Assembly (NCBI GenBank): GCA_046757165.1
Contig: JBHHXT010000008.1
Coordinates: forward strand, 1 to 60,977
Origin: a bacterium
GTDB lineage: Bacteria > Zhuqueibacterota > Zhuqueibacteria > Oceanimicrobiales > Oceanimicrobiaceae
Direction: 5' to 3'
DNA: 60,977 bases
Shown piece after piece: positions 48,888-57,973 of the stretch; position 1 is the first letter of the stretch, and every line of letters starts with the position of its first letter. The position numbers were made by a program, and so were the translations under genes. The notes beneath the pieces were generated by a model. That model did no database searches. It was not told the origin of the DNA and saw nothing but the letters and a program-made list of their open reading frames with translations.

Positions 48888-49682
48888 ATTTTACGGGACA
48901 TGACTCTGGGTCAGTACTATCCCGGGACGTCACCTGTTCATCGCCTTGACCCGCGCAGCAAGCTGGTTGCCTGCCTCACCTTGATGACGTGTCTGTTGCT
49001 GACCTCTAAAGCGGGTAGGATGTGCGTCGTGGCTGGAGTGTGTTCGCTGGCTGTGTGTAATTCGAGCATACCGGTCGGAGTTTTCACGAGAAATCTAAGG
49101 CCGTTTGCCTGGCTTTTTTTGATCACGTTTTGCATTCATGGTTTGACCACGGATGGAGAAGTTTTGCTTAGCCTGCCATTCGTGACGGTTGCCATCACGA
49201 AGGAGGGGCTTTTCAACGCTGGTCTCTACACTGTCCGGCTGCTGCTGCTGATAATCCTGGCAGCGTGGCTTACCTTGACAACAACACCGATCGAGTTGAC
49301 AGACGGCCTGGAAAGACTCCTGCTCCCGTTGAAGCGATTCAAGTTGCCTGTGCACGAGTTTGTTCTGATGGTCACCTTATCGCTGCGATTCTTACCGATC
49401 TTGATCCAGGAAGCTGAGCGCATCAAAAACGCGCAATTGTCGCGTGGCGCCAGCCTGGAGGGCACCCTGATGCACAAGGTACGCAATATCGTTCCGATGG
49501 TTGTGCCCCTGTTCCTGTCGGCAATTCGGCGGGCTGATGAGCTGGCGCTGGCGATGGAGGCCCGCCACTACGTCGGTGGCGATGGCAGAACATCCTTCGG
49601 CCATCTAAGACTCACGAAGGTTGATTGTGGCGTGCTGTTATTTTCATTTGGTTTTCTCGTTTTCATGGTGCTATGGGCGTAA
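48888..49682 (+). CDS. ecfT: Energy-coupling factor transporter transmembrane T component
   Basis: TLGQYYPG.SPVHRLDPR.K, LRFLP, AQLSRG, AMEAR; start ATT 48888 or ATG 48900. Confidence 0.92.
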   Translation: MLRDMTLGQYYPGTSPVHRLDPRSKLVACLTLMTCLLLTSKAGRMCVVAGVCSLAVCNSSIPVGVFTRNLRPFAWLFLITFCIHGLTTDGEVLLSLPFVTVAITKEGLFNAGLYTVRLLLLIILAAWLTLTTTPIELTDGLERLLLPLKRFKLPVHEFVLMVTLSLRFLPILIQEAERIKNAQLSRGASLEGTLMHKVRNIVPMVVPLFLSAIRRADELALAMEARHYVGGDGRTSFGHLRLTKVDCGVLLFSFGFLVFMVLWA

Positions 49683-49723
49683 ACTTTCACGTTTTGCGTC
49701 TGCCAATTGACATTACTTGATGC

Positions 49724-50452
49724 ATGCGAAATATTAAGCTCGTGCTGGAATATGATGGCAGCAAATACTACGGCTGGCAGTGGCAGCCAAGAGGCCGGAC
49801 CATTCAGGGCGAGTTGCAACGTTCTTTACAAAAGCTGCTGCAGGAATCTACAAAGGTGATTGCTGCCGGACGTACGGATTCAGGCGTCCATGCACTCGGG
49901 CAAGTGGTCAACTTCAAGACCGAGAATACGCTTGACGTTCCGTCTATCCGTCTCGGTATAAACAGTTATTTACCGGGTGATGTCAGGGTTTTGAGTGCGG
50001 TGCAGGTTCATGACACATTCCACGCCCGCTTTGATGCGCGCAGCAGAGTGTATCGCTACGTGATCAGCAAGCGTCCGCGGGCCGTAGGACGGCAGTACGC
50101 TTGGTACTGCAAGTATCTGCTCGAGGTTGCAGAGATGAAGCGGGCTTCGAGCCATCTGCTCGGCTCACATCGTTTCACAGCGTTCTCTCGCGTGATCGAG
50201 GAAGAACCGCACTACTTGTGTGAGGTCTATTCTCTATGCTGGAAGGAAACAAACGACGAGATCGAGATGGAAATCTGCGCGAACAGATTCCTGCATCATA
50301 TGGTTAGACTCATTGTTGGCACCATGGTTGAAGTTGGCCGCGGCAAATTGACGCCTGGCCGCGTGCAAGAAATCCTTGCGTCGGGAAGCCGCAAGGACGC
50401 AGGCAGCGCAGTACCGCCACAGGGATTGTTTTTGGTAAGCGTCAACTATTAA
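49724..50452 (+). CDS. truA: tRNA pseudouridine(38-40) synthase
   Basis: [31 protein letters not shown]. Confidence 0.96.
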   Translation: MRNIKLVLEYDGSKYYGWQWQPRGRTIQGELQRSLQKLLQESTKVIAAGRTDSGVHALGQVVNFKTENTLDVPSIRLGINSYLPGDVRVLSAVQVHDTFHARFDARSRVYRYVISKRPRAVGRQYAWYCKYLLEVAEMKRASSHLLGSHRFTAFSRVIEEEPHYLCEVYSLCWKETNDEIEMEICANRFLHHMVRLIVGTMVEVGRGKLTPGRVQEILASGSRKDAGSAVPPQGLFLVSVNY

Positions 50453-50495
50453 CTGGACGTTCTTCTTAACCCAACAACATCGAGAGGAGTTAGCT

Positions 50496-51149
50496 ATGAA
50501 GTTCTTCTTGGACACCGCCAACATCGATGAAATCAAGCAAGCTGCCAGCATGGGAATTCTTGATGGCGTCACCACCAATCCAACCCTGGTTGCGCGGGAA
50601 CGCCGTAAGTTCAAGGATATTTTGCTCGAGATCTGTGAAGTCGTGAATGGGCCGGTGAGCGCTGAGGTGGTCTCGACTGAATTTGAAGGCATGGTGAACG
50701 AAGCGCGTGGCCTGGCCGCGTTGCATCCCAATATCTATGTCAAAATCCCGATGACTCGCGAGGGATTGAAAGCAGTCAAAGCGCTCTCAGGAGAGGGGAT
50801 CAAGACCAATGTCACCCTGTGCTTTAGCCCGAGCCAGGCTCTGATGGCAGCGAAGGCAGGCGCCTCATTCATCAGTCCATTTGTCGGTCGTGTCGATGAC
50901 ATCAGTGGCGTGGGTATGGAGATCGTCGAGGACATTCGCACAATCTACGATAACTATGGCTTCGAGACCGAAATTCTGGCGGCCAGCTTGAGACACCCAA
51001 CGCACGTGGTAGATGCCGCTTTGATCGGGGCAGATATTGCAACCATGCCGTATAAAGTCTTCGACCAGTTATTCAACCATCCGTTGACTGACATCGGGTT
51101 GAAGCGTTTTCTGGATGACTGGGAGAAAGTGAAGGACCGGGTCAGTTAG
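50496..51149 (+). CDS. tal: Transaldolase (short TalC/FSA-like family)
   Basis: DTAN, GVTTNP, SAEV and SPFVGR (transaldolase-type Glu/Phe), VKIP. Confidence 0.9.
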   Translation: MKFFLDTANIDEIKQAASMGILDGVTTNPTLVARERRKFKDILLEICEVVNGPVSAEVVSTEFEGMVNEARGLAALHPNIYVKIPMTREGLKAVKALSGEGIKTNVTLCFSPSQALMAAKAGASFISPFVGRVDDISGVGMEIVEDIRTIYDNYGFETEILAASLRHPTHVVDAALIGADIATMPYKVFDQLFNHPLTDIGLKRFLDDWEKVKDRVS

Positions 51150-51170
51150 TCAAAAATCAAGGTGGGACAA

Positions 51171-52355
51171 ATGCGTCAACAAATACTACTCACCGTCGTT
51201 ACAGCCCTTCTCTTCTTGATTGGCTGTGGTGATGATTCCGATGAGTCACCGGTCAAGGGTCTGGACCTGGCGGCCCTGGGCGCGGAAGCCGTCAACTATC
51301 AGCCGTTGCATGACAATGATGAGGATATCTCCAATAGCCGTCGCACCGCCATCACCAACGCGGTTGAGAAGGTCAGTCAGACCGTGTGTGGCATCAATGT
51401 GACTCAAATCCGCGAGGCCAGGCGCGGCGTCTATTTTGACGATCCCTTCTTCCGCTTCTTTTTTCCGGAAAGAATCCCGCGGCAAGCCGTAAAGAGTTTA
51501 GGCTCAGGTTTCCTGATTTCTCCGGACGGGTTTATTCTCACCAATGAGCATGTTGTGCACAACGCCACCGAAATTGTGGTTTCCCTTTCAGACGGCACGA
51601 CGGCAAACGCGGAAATGATCGGCTCGGATTATATTACCGATATCGCTCTGATAAGAATCAAAGGGGACCACTACCCCTACATTCGCTTCGGCGATTCCAA
51701 TGAGGTGATTATCGGAGAATGGGTTATTGCGCTCGGCAATCCATTTGGCTTGTTCGAGATCAACGCCAAACCCACGGTTACAGTTGGTGTGGTCAGCGCG
51801 GTCGACCGGGATTTTGGCCGGCAACGCAACGACCGCGTTTATCAGGACATGATCCAGACCGATGCCGCCATCAATCAGGGAAACAGTGGCGGCCCGCTGG
51901 TCAACAGCCTCGGCCAGGTCATCGGCATGAACACATTTATCTATACCGGCGGCAACTACAGCAACGGCTCCATTGGTCTGGGGTTTGCCATCCCGAGCAA
52001 TCGTATCAAGCGGATTCTGGGGGATCTAAAAGAATATGGCGAGGTCAACCGGCGCTGGACGACGGGCCTGGTGGTCGAAGAAATTCCGCCGATGGTGGCG
52101 CGCTATTTCGGGCTCAAGTCCACCCATGGCGTGATCGTGACCAGTATCACCCAGGGCAGTCCCGCCGCCCGGGCGGGTCTGGAAGTCGGGGATATCATTG
52201 TCGAAGTGAATGGCGAACGCATCAAGAACGAGCACGACATTTGGCGAATCATCGATGATTCCGACCTGCGTGGCGGCGATATGCTCAAATTGAAGGTCGT
52301 GCGTGAGCGGAAGGTCTTAGAAATCCTGCTGGAATTAGAGGAGTTGACGAGGTAG
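51171..52355 (+). CDS. HtrA/DegP-like serine protease with one PDZ domain, probable lipoprotein
   Basis: LIGC lipobox; GSGF, TNEHVV, DIAL, QTDAAINQGNSGGPL; PDZ. Confidence 0.93.
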   Translation: MRQQILLTVVTALLFLIGCGDDSDESPVKGLDLAALGAEAVNYQPLHDNDEDISNSRRTAITNAVEKVSQTVCGINVTQIREARRGVYFDDPFFRFFFPERIPRQAVKSLGSGFLISPDGFILTNEHVVHNATEIVVSLSDGTTANAEMIGSDYITDIALIRIKGDHYPYIRFGDSNEVIIGEWVIALGNPFGLFEINAKPTVTVGVVSAVDRDFGRQRNDRVYQDMIQTDAAINQGNSGGPLVNSLGQVIGMNTFIYTGGNYSNGSIGLGFAIPSNRIKRILGDLKEYGEVNRRWTTGLVVEEIPPMVARYFGLKSTHGVIVTSITQGSPAARAGLEVGDIIVEVNGERIKNEHDIWRIIDDSDLRGGDMLKLKVVRERKVLEILLELEELTR

Positions 52356-52401
52356 GCGTCCTTGGTCTATGGAGCTTTCATCAACCAAAAGGAAGGGTTA
52401 G

Positions 52402-53700
52402 GTGATCGAACGATACTCGCGGCCTGAGATGGCCGGTATTTGGAGCGAGGAAAACAAATTCAGGAAATGGCTGCAGGTTGAACTCCTGGCGTGTGAAGCG
52501 ATGGCGCAGATCGGAGAAATCCCGGCTGATGCGGTCATCACCATCAAAGCAAAGGCTGACTTCGATAGCGCGCGAGTTCAGGAGATAGAACAGACGGTCA
52601 AGCACGACGTTATCGCCTTTCTTACCAACGTTGCCGAGTACGTTGGGCCTGAAAGTCGCTTCATTCACCTGGGGATGACCTCTTCGGACCTGCTGGACAC
52701 GGCGTTGGCCAGTCTTATGCGGCAAGCAGGCTTGCAGCTTTTGGAGGGCCTGGAGCACCTGAGAGCGCAGTTGGCCCGGCGCGCCGGCGACTTCAAGCAC
52801 ACCCCCTGCATCGGTCGTTCGCACGGCATTCATGCCGAGCCGACCACGTTCGGCTTGAAGCTGGCGGTGTGGTACGATGAAGTCGGCCGTGGCATGAAAC
52901 GGCTCGAGGGGGCCATCGAAACGATTTCAGTGGGCAAGATTTCGGGGGCGGTGGGCACGTTTGCGCACATCGATCCGCGGGTAGAAGCGTATGTGTGCGA
53001 GAAACTCGAGCTGAACCCGGCACCGGTGTCCACGCAAATCATCCAGAGGGACCGGCATGCGGAGTATCTCACCACCCTGGCGCTGCTCGCAAGCTCTCTG
53101 GAAAAATTCGCCACCGAGATCCGAAATCTGCAGCGGACTGAGCTGCTTGAAGTTGAGGAATCATTTGCCAAAGGGCAAAAGGGGTCATCGGCCATGCCGC
53201 ACAAACGCAATCCTGTCGGATGCGAGCAAATCTGCGGTATCGCCCGAGTCCTGAAAGCGAACGCCGCTGCCGCGATGGACAACGTTGCACTATGGCACGA
53301 ACGGGATATTACGCATTCCTCCGTGGAACGAATCATCATTCCGGACAGTACAATTGCTCTTGACTACATTCTGCACAAATTTACGAACATCGTTGCCACC
53401 CTGGTCGTCTATCCTGAAACCATGAAGAAGAACCTGGAGACGACCCGGGGAATCGTGTTTTCGCAAGCTCTGCTGTTGGCCCTGATAAAAAAGGGGATCA
53501 GCCGGGAGGAAGCATACAAACATGTTCAAGCTTGCGCCATGCAAGCCTGGGAGCAAGGTGGTAACTTCAAGGACATTGTGAAATCAAGTGGCCAAATCAA
53601 GCAATATGTGTCCGATTCGGAGATCGAGAGCTGTTTCAACTTGAACAAAAACTTGCGTCATGTAGATTTCATCTTCGGTAGAGTAGGATTGGGTAATTAA
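52402..53700 (+). CDS. purB: Adenylosuccinate lyase
   Basis: MIERYSR, HDV.AF, GRSHG.HAEP, SSAMPHKRNP. Confidence 0.97.
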   Translation: MIERYSRPEMAGIWSEENKFRKWLQVELLACEAMAQIGEIPADAVITIKAKADFDSARVQEIEQTVKHDVIAFLTNVAEYVGPESRFIHLGMTSSDLLDTALASLMRQAGLQLLEGLEHLRAQLARRAGDFKHTPCIGRSHGIHAEPTTFGLKLAVWYDEVGRGMKRLEGAIETISVGKISGAVGTFAHIDPRVEAYVCEKLELNPAPVSTQIIQRDRHAEYLTTLALLASSLEKFATEIRNLQRTELLEVEESFAKGQKGSSAMPHKRNPVGCEQICGIARVLKANAAAAMDNVALWHERDITHSSVERIIIPDSTIALDYILHKFTNIVATLVVYPETMKKNLETTRGIVFSQALLLALIKKGISREEAYKHVQACAMQAWEQGGNFKDIVKSSGQIKQYVSDSEIESCFNLNKNLRHVDFIFGRVGLGN

Positions 53701-53738
53701 CTTTAATTTGTAACGCAAACCATGAGGGTGAACAGAAA

Positions 53739-54461
53739 TTGAAAGAAACCAAGATCAAAAAAAAGAAAAAGTTATATGAGGGCAAAGCCAAGATCATTTA
53801 TGAAACCGATAATGAAGAATTGTTGATTCAGGAATTCAAGGATGACGCCAGCGCGTTTGATGGGGCAAAGAAAGGCAAGATCAAGGCGAAGGGTGTTGTG
53901 AACAACCAGGTGTCTGGCCACATGTTCACTTACCTGGAAAACTACCACATCCCGACACATTTCGTGAGTCAGTATTCCGACAACGCCATGGTTGTCCATC
54001 GGCTGGAGATGATTCCTGTCGAGGTCGTGATGCGCAATCTGGCGACGGGGAGTTTGGTGAAGCGGTACGGTGTTGAGGAGGGCAAGGAATTGGACCATCC
54101 CATCCTGGAGTTCTATCTCAAAGACGATGCCAAGCATGATCCCATGATCAACGAAGACCACGTGGTTGCATTCGGGCACGCTAACGAGGAGGAAGTCAAG
54201 CTCATCAAGCGGTATACCCAGAAGATAAACGCCATCCTGAAATCGTTTTTTTTCCGGCGAAACATGTTGCTCGTGGATTTCAAGCTCGAGTTCGGCCGCA
54301 ACAAATCTGGCAAGCTCAAGCTCGGCGATGAGATTTCTCCCGATACCTGCCGTTTCTGGGATGCCGAATCGGGTGAAAAGCTGGACAAGGATCGTTTCCG
54401 ACATGACCTCGGCAATGCCGAAGACGCTTACCAGGAAGTGCTCAAGAGAGTATTCAAATAG
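53739..54461 (+). CDS. purC: SAICAR synthase
   Basis: LYEGKAK, FKDDA, IPTHF, DFKLEFG, DEISPDTCRFWD. Confidence 0.97.
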   Translation: MKETKIKKKKKLYEGKAKIIYETDNEELLIQEFKDDASAFDGAKKGKIKAKGVVNNQVSGHMFTYLENYHIPTHFVSQYSDNAMVVHRLEMIPVEVVMRNLATGSLVKRYGVEEGKELDHPILEFYLKDDAKHDPMINEDHVVAFGHANEEEVKLIKRYTQKINAILKSFFFRRNMLLVDFKLEFGRNKSGKLKLGDEISPDTCRFWDAESGEKLDKDRFRHDLGNAEDAYQEVLKRVFK

Positions 54462-54497
54462 ATTACGCAGCTCAAGACCAAAAACGGGAGGAGAAAC

Positions 54498-55148
54498 TTG
54501 GCTCGAGAGGGACTCGGGATGATCGTCGGGATGGTTCTATTCACCACGATTATGACCATCGGTGCTGTCGCCAATCCGTTGACGCACCTGAAAATCATGG
54601 CCGTGATCAGTGTCTTGCTGACGGTTCTGGTGCTCATTTTCTTTCGCGATCCGGGGCGTCAGATTCCGCCGGGCGATGGGAACGTGCTCTCCCCGGCGGA
54701 CGGCAAGGTGATAGAGATTGTGGACGACCATGATGACGAATTCATGCACGCAGACGTGACACGCATCGGCATCTTTATGAACGTGTTCAATGTCCATGTC
54801 AATCGAATTCCGATAGCCGGCAAAGTCAACTATTTTCGCTATCAGAAAGGCTCGTTCATCCAAGCCTACAAAAGCGAAGCCGCTGAGGTCAATGAGCAGA
54901 CTGTCATCGGCATCGAGAATGGCGAAAGGAAGCTTCTCTTCAAACAAATTGCGGGATTGCTTGCCAGGCGGATCGTTTGCAACGTGCGCCAGGGCAACAA
55001 GGTGCAGCCAGGGGAAAGATTCGGGATGATTAAATTTGGTTCAAGAGTTGATATCTTTCTCCCCAAAAATGTCGACATCAGTGTAAGGCTAAACCAAAAG
55101 GTTAAAGGCGGAGAAAGTATCATAGGAGTGTTTTCCAATGAAGTATAG
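54498..55148 (+). CDS. psd: Phosphatidylserine decarboxylase
   Basis: FFRDP, SPADG, VHVNR.P, QIAG..ARRI, IKFGSRVD. Confidence 0.93.
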   Translation: MAREGLGMIVGMVLFTTIMTIGAVANPLTHLKIMAVISVLLTVLVLIFFRDPGRQIPPGDGNVLSPADGKVIEIVDDHDDEFMHADVTRIGIFMNVFNVHVNRIPIAGKVNYFRYQKGSFIQAYKSEAAEVNEQTVIGIENGERKLLFKQIAGLLARRIVCNVRQGNKVQPGERFGMIKFGSRVDIFLPKNVDISVRLNQKVKGGESIIGVFSNEV

Positions 55149-55875
55149 CAGAAACATCGTGCCAAGCATTTTCACAATGCTCAATCTGTTTTTCGGTTTC
55201 TTCGCAATCGTTAATGCGTTGCAGGGGAAATTCGTCACGGCGTCGTGGCTCATTGTCGCTGCGGCTATCTGGGATGGGTTGGATGGAAAAATCGCCAGGT
55301 TTACCCACACCTTTAGCGAGTTTGGAATTCAGTTCGACTCGATCACGGATGTGGTATCATTCGGTGTGGCCCCCTCGATTTTGATCTACAACGTGTTTCT
55401 GTACAAGCTTGGCGCGATTGGAGTTATTTTGAGTTTTCTTCCGCTCCTGTTCGGAGCCATTCGGCTGGCCCGATTCAATGTCACCCTCGACGGCTTCGAC
55501 AAGGAAAATTTTACCGGCCTGCCGATCCCGGCGATGGCGGTCACGCTGGCGTCGTACGTGATTTTCAACTATGACCTGTGGGAGGGCTTGAAGTTCGCTC
55601 TCTTGCTGATCCCGCTCGTGCTTTTTCTTTGCTACCTGATGGTGAGCCACGTCGAATACGAGATGATGCCGAGGTTCACGTTTCGCGGCAACAAGCACAA
55701 CTCGATTATTCTGGTGCTGCTCCTTTTGGCTCTGGCTGTCGGAGTCACCTTTCGAGAAAAAGCCACCTTCCCCCTTGCATTTGGCTTCATTTTGTATTAC
55801 TTTTTCCGGTCGGTGATGTCGAGCCACAAACATGACGAGGAGGAGGAGGTGCTGGATATCTCCTTGCCAGATTGA
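55138..55875 (+). CDS. pssA: CDP-diacylglycerol--serine O-phosphatidyltransferase
   Basis: DGLDGKIAR..S.FG..FDS..D.VSFGVAP, RLARFN, F.GLP.P. Confidence 0.93.
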   Translation: MKYSRNIVPSIFTMLNLFFGFFAIVNALQGKFVTASWLIVAAAIWDGLDGKIARFTHTFSEFGIQFDSITDVVSFGVAPSILIYNVFLYKLGAIGVILSFLPLLFGAIRLARFNVTLDGFDKENFTGLPIPAMAVTLASYVIFNYDLWEGLKFALLLIPLVLFLCYLMVSHVEYEMMPRFTFRGNKHNSIILVLLLLALAVGVTFREKATFPLAFGFILYYFFRSVMSSHKHDEEEEVLDISLPD

Positions 55876-55937
55876 GTCGCCTGGACGGAAGAAGTGCCAC
55901 CATGCCTGTCGTCACCAGTAACCAGACATCGAGCCGC

Positions 55938-56198
55938 ATGATAATTGCAAAGATTCATGTCACGCTCAAAAACGGCATCCTGGACCCGCAGGGAAAGACC
56001 GTTCACCATGCTCTGGAGAACCTTGGCATCGTGGACATCGCCGAAGTGCGGGTGGGAAAATTGATCACGCTGCGCTTTGACGAGGTGACAGAAAAAGAAG
56101 CGGAGCGGTTGAGCCATACGGCCTGCAAAAAGCTCCTGGCAAATCCTGTTATCGAAGATTATCGCATCGAGTTGATGTCCGACGACGGAGCCTCCTGA
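55938..56198 (+). CDS. purS: FGAM synthase subunit PurS
   Basis: LK.GILDPQG, VRVGK, LLANPVIEDY. Confidence 0.94.
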   Translation: MIIAKIHVTLKNGILDPQGKTVHHALENLGIVDIAEVRVGKLITLRFDEVTEKEAERLSHTACKKLLANPVIEDYRIELMSDDGAS

Positions 56199-56199
56199 G

Positions 56200-56889
56200 A
56201 TGAAATTTGGCATCGTTGTTTTTCCGGGGTCAAACTGCGATCACGACTGTTACTATGCGCTCAAGCACACCTTCAGGCAGGATGTCGAGTTTGTGTGGCA
56301 CAAAGATCCCGGCCTCAGGCAGTTCGATGTCGTGCTCTTGCCTGGCGGCTTTTCTTACGGAGACTATCTCCGAACCGGCGCCATCGCCCGCTTTTCCCCT
56401 GTGATGAACGCGGTCATCGACTTCGCCAACCGTTCTGGCGTCGTTTTGGGAATTTGTAACGGCTTTCAAATCCTGTGTGAGGCCGGGCTGTTGCCGGGGG
56501 TTTTGATGCGCAACCAAAGCCTGAGGTTCGTATGTAAGTATGTGAACTTGCGCGTGGAGAATGCCGCCACCCCCTTTACCAATCTCTGTCACCCAGGCGA
56601 GATCTTGAGCATCCCGGTGGCCCATGCGGAGGGGTTGTTTTACGCTGACGATGAGACCTTGAGCACATTGACTGAGAACAATCAGGTGCTCTTCAGATAC
56701 AGCGATGAGAACGGCGAGCTAACGGACTCTGCCAACCCCAATGGCTCGCTGCAAAACATCGCCGGCATCATGAACCGACAGGGCAATGTCATGGGCATGA
56801 TGCCTCACCCGGACCGGAGTTTTGAGTCGATCTTGAACTCGGCCGACGGAGCGAAGATTTTCGCCTCGGTGATCGCCTCGCTCAAATAA
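56200..56889 (+). CDS. purQ: FGAM synthase glutaminase subunit PurQ
   Basis: FPGSNCD, PGGFSYGDYLR, GICNGFQ, NPNGS, MMPHPDR. Confidence 0.95.
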   Translation: MKFGIVVFPGSNCDHDCYYALKHTFRQDVEFVWHKDPGLRQFDVVLLPGGFSYGDYLRTGAIARFSPVMNAVIDFANRSGVVLGICNGFQILCEAGLLPGVLMRNQSLRFVCKYVNLRVENAATPFTNLCHPGEILSIPVAHAEGLFYADDETLSTLTENNQVLFRYSDENGELTDSANPNGSLQNIAGIMNRQGNVMGMMPHPDRSFESILNSADGAKIFASVIASLK

Positions 56890-56906
56890 GGAAAAGGGAC
56901 GGCTGG

Positions 56907-57167
56907 ATGGCAAAAAAGTCTATGGGACGTGTAATCTTGTTCATTGTTATGGGCGTCATGATTGGATCACTGCTGGGTCAGTTGCTCGGATTGGTTTTGC
57001 CAGATGGGGTCGTGAAGGAATTCTTCCTCAAGCACACCACTCTGGAGGTCGGCCCTGCTCCGATTAACGTGGGACTTTTTTCATTCACATTCGGTTTCAA
57101 GATCATCTTGAACATTGTTGGTTTGATTGGCATTATCGTGGCGATTTATCTCTTGCGATGGTACTGA
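56907..57167 (+). CDS. Small membrane protein (DUF4321-like)
   Basis: Two TM segments, G..IGS.LG..., FTFG..I.LN..GLIG. Confidence 0.7.
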   Translation: MAKKSMGRVILFIVMGVMIGSLLGQLLGLVLPDGVVKEFFLKHTTLEVGPAPINVGLFSFTFGFKIILNIVGLIGIIVAIYLLRWY

Positions 57168-57239
57168 CCTTGTCCCCTAGAGAGAAAGCGGCGCAATTGC
57201 CTAATTTCACTTCGTTAAGTTATTGTAGGAGGTGATTCA

Positions 57240-57524
57240 ATGGGTTCCATTGGCATGACGGAGTTGATCTTCATTTTCCTGGTTGTTCTCATGCTCTTTG
57301 GATCGAAGCGGCTTCCAGAACTGGCCCGGGGGTTGGGCAAAGGGCTTCGGGAATTCAAACGCGCAGCGAACGAGCTTAAGCGCGAATTAGACGTGCAACC
57401 TATCAAACGGGATTTCGAGAACGAAATCAAAGGCAATCTGGATGAGATTAAGCGGGACTTGAGCGAGACGATCCATTCTGAGCCAAAACAGGTAGGTAGC
57501 AAGTCTTCAGACGGTAAGAATTAA
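57240..57524 (+). CDS. tatA: Twin-arginine translocase TatA/TatB-type subunit
   Basis: IG..EL.....[20 protein letters not shown]. Confidence 0.9.
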   Translation: MGSIGMTELIFIFLVVLMLFGSKRLPELARGLGKGLREFKRAANELKRELDVQPIKRDFENEIKGNLDEIKRDLSETIHSEPKQVGSKSSDGKN

Positions 57525-57535
57525 AGGAGAAGCAC

Positions 57536-57733
57536 ATGGGATTAGGTCATTGGGAGCTATTGCTCGTCATCTTTGTTGTTCTGTTGCTGTTCGGCGGCAA
57601 GAAATTTCCGGAGCTGGCGAAGGGCTTGGGTAAGGGATTGCGTGAGTTCAAGAAATCCGTCAAAGAACCGGATAACTCTGACCGAGCGCAAGTTGAATCT
57701 GCGGCAAAGAAGGACGAATCGGTCAACGACTAG
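57536..57733 (+). CDS. tatA: Twin-arginine translocase TatA subunit
   Basis: LG.WEL....[22 protein letters not shown]. Confidence 0.92.
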   Translation: MGLGHWELLLVIFVVLLLFGGKKFPELAKGLGKGLREFKKSVKEPDNSDRAQVESAAKKDESVND

Positions 57734-57739
57734 CACTTC

Positions 57740-57904
57740 GGTGCAAGACTCGAGTATGATGATCGAGCAGCGATCCGACACGGTCTCTGATCGTTTGAGG
57801 CCGGGTTGCTGGACAGCCCACCAAAACACAGTCAGAGACTGTGTTGGACCCTGTTCGTAGTGTAAATAAACCTGCTAATGCGGCGACCATCTCTATCATG
57901 CACC
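57740..57904 (+). ncRNA. Structured non-coding RNA, long rod with internal bubble (6S RNA-like)
   Basis: 17-bp stem 57774-57790/57832-57848 with G.U pairs, inner GGGTTG/CAGCCC hairpin, outer AGCAG/CTGCT and GGTGCA/TGCACC helices. Confidence 0.55.
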
Positions 57905-57973
57905 TGGCGGATTCCTGGTGCGTGAAACCGTGCAAACGAATCTGCGTCATCGTTTTCCTGGGAGGAAAAGCAG

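Noticed and set aside
57740..57960. T-box, SAM riboswitch, SRP RNA or tmRNA upstream of gatA
   Set aside because: None of their diagnostic motifs (TGGNACC bulge, SAM-I core, CAGG-GNRA-AGCA, tRNA-like ends) were found.
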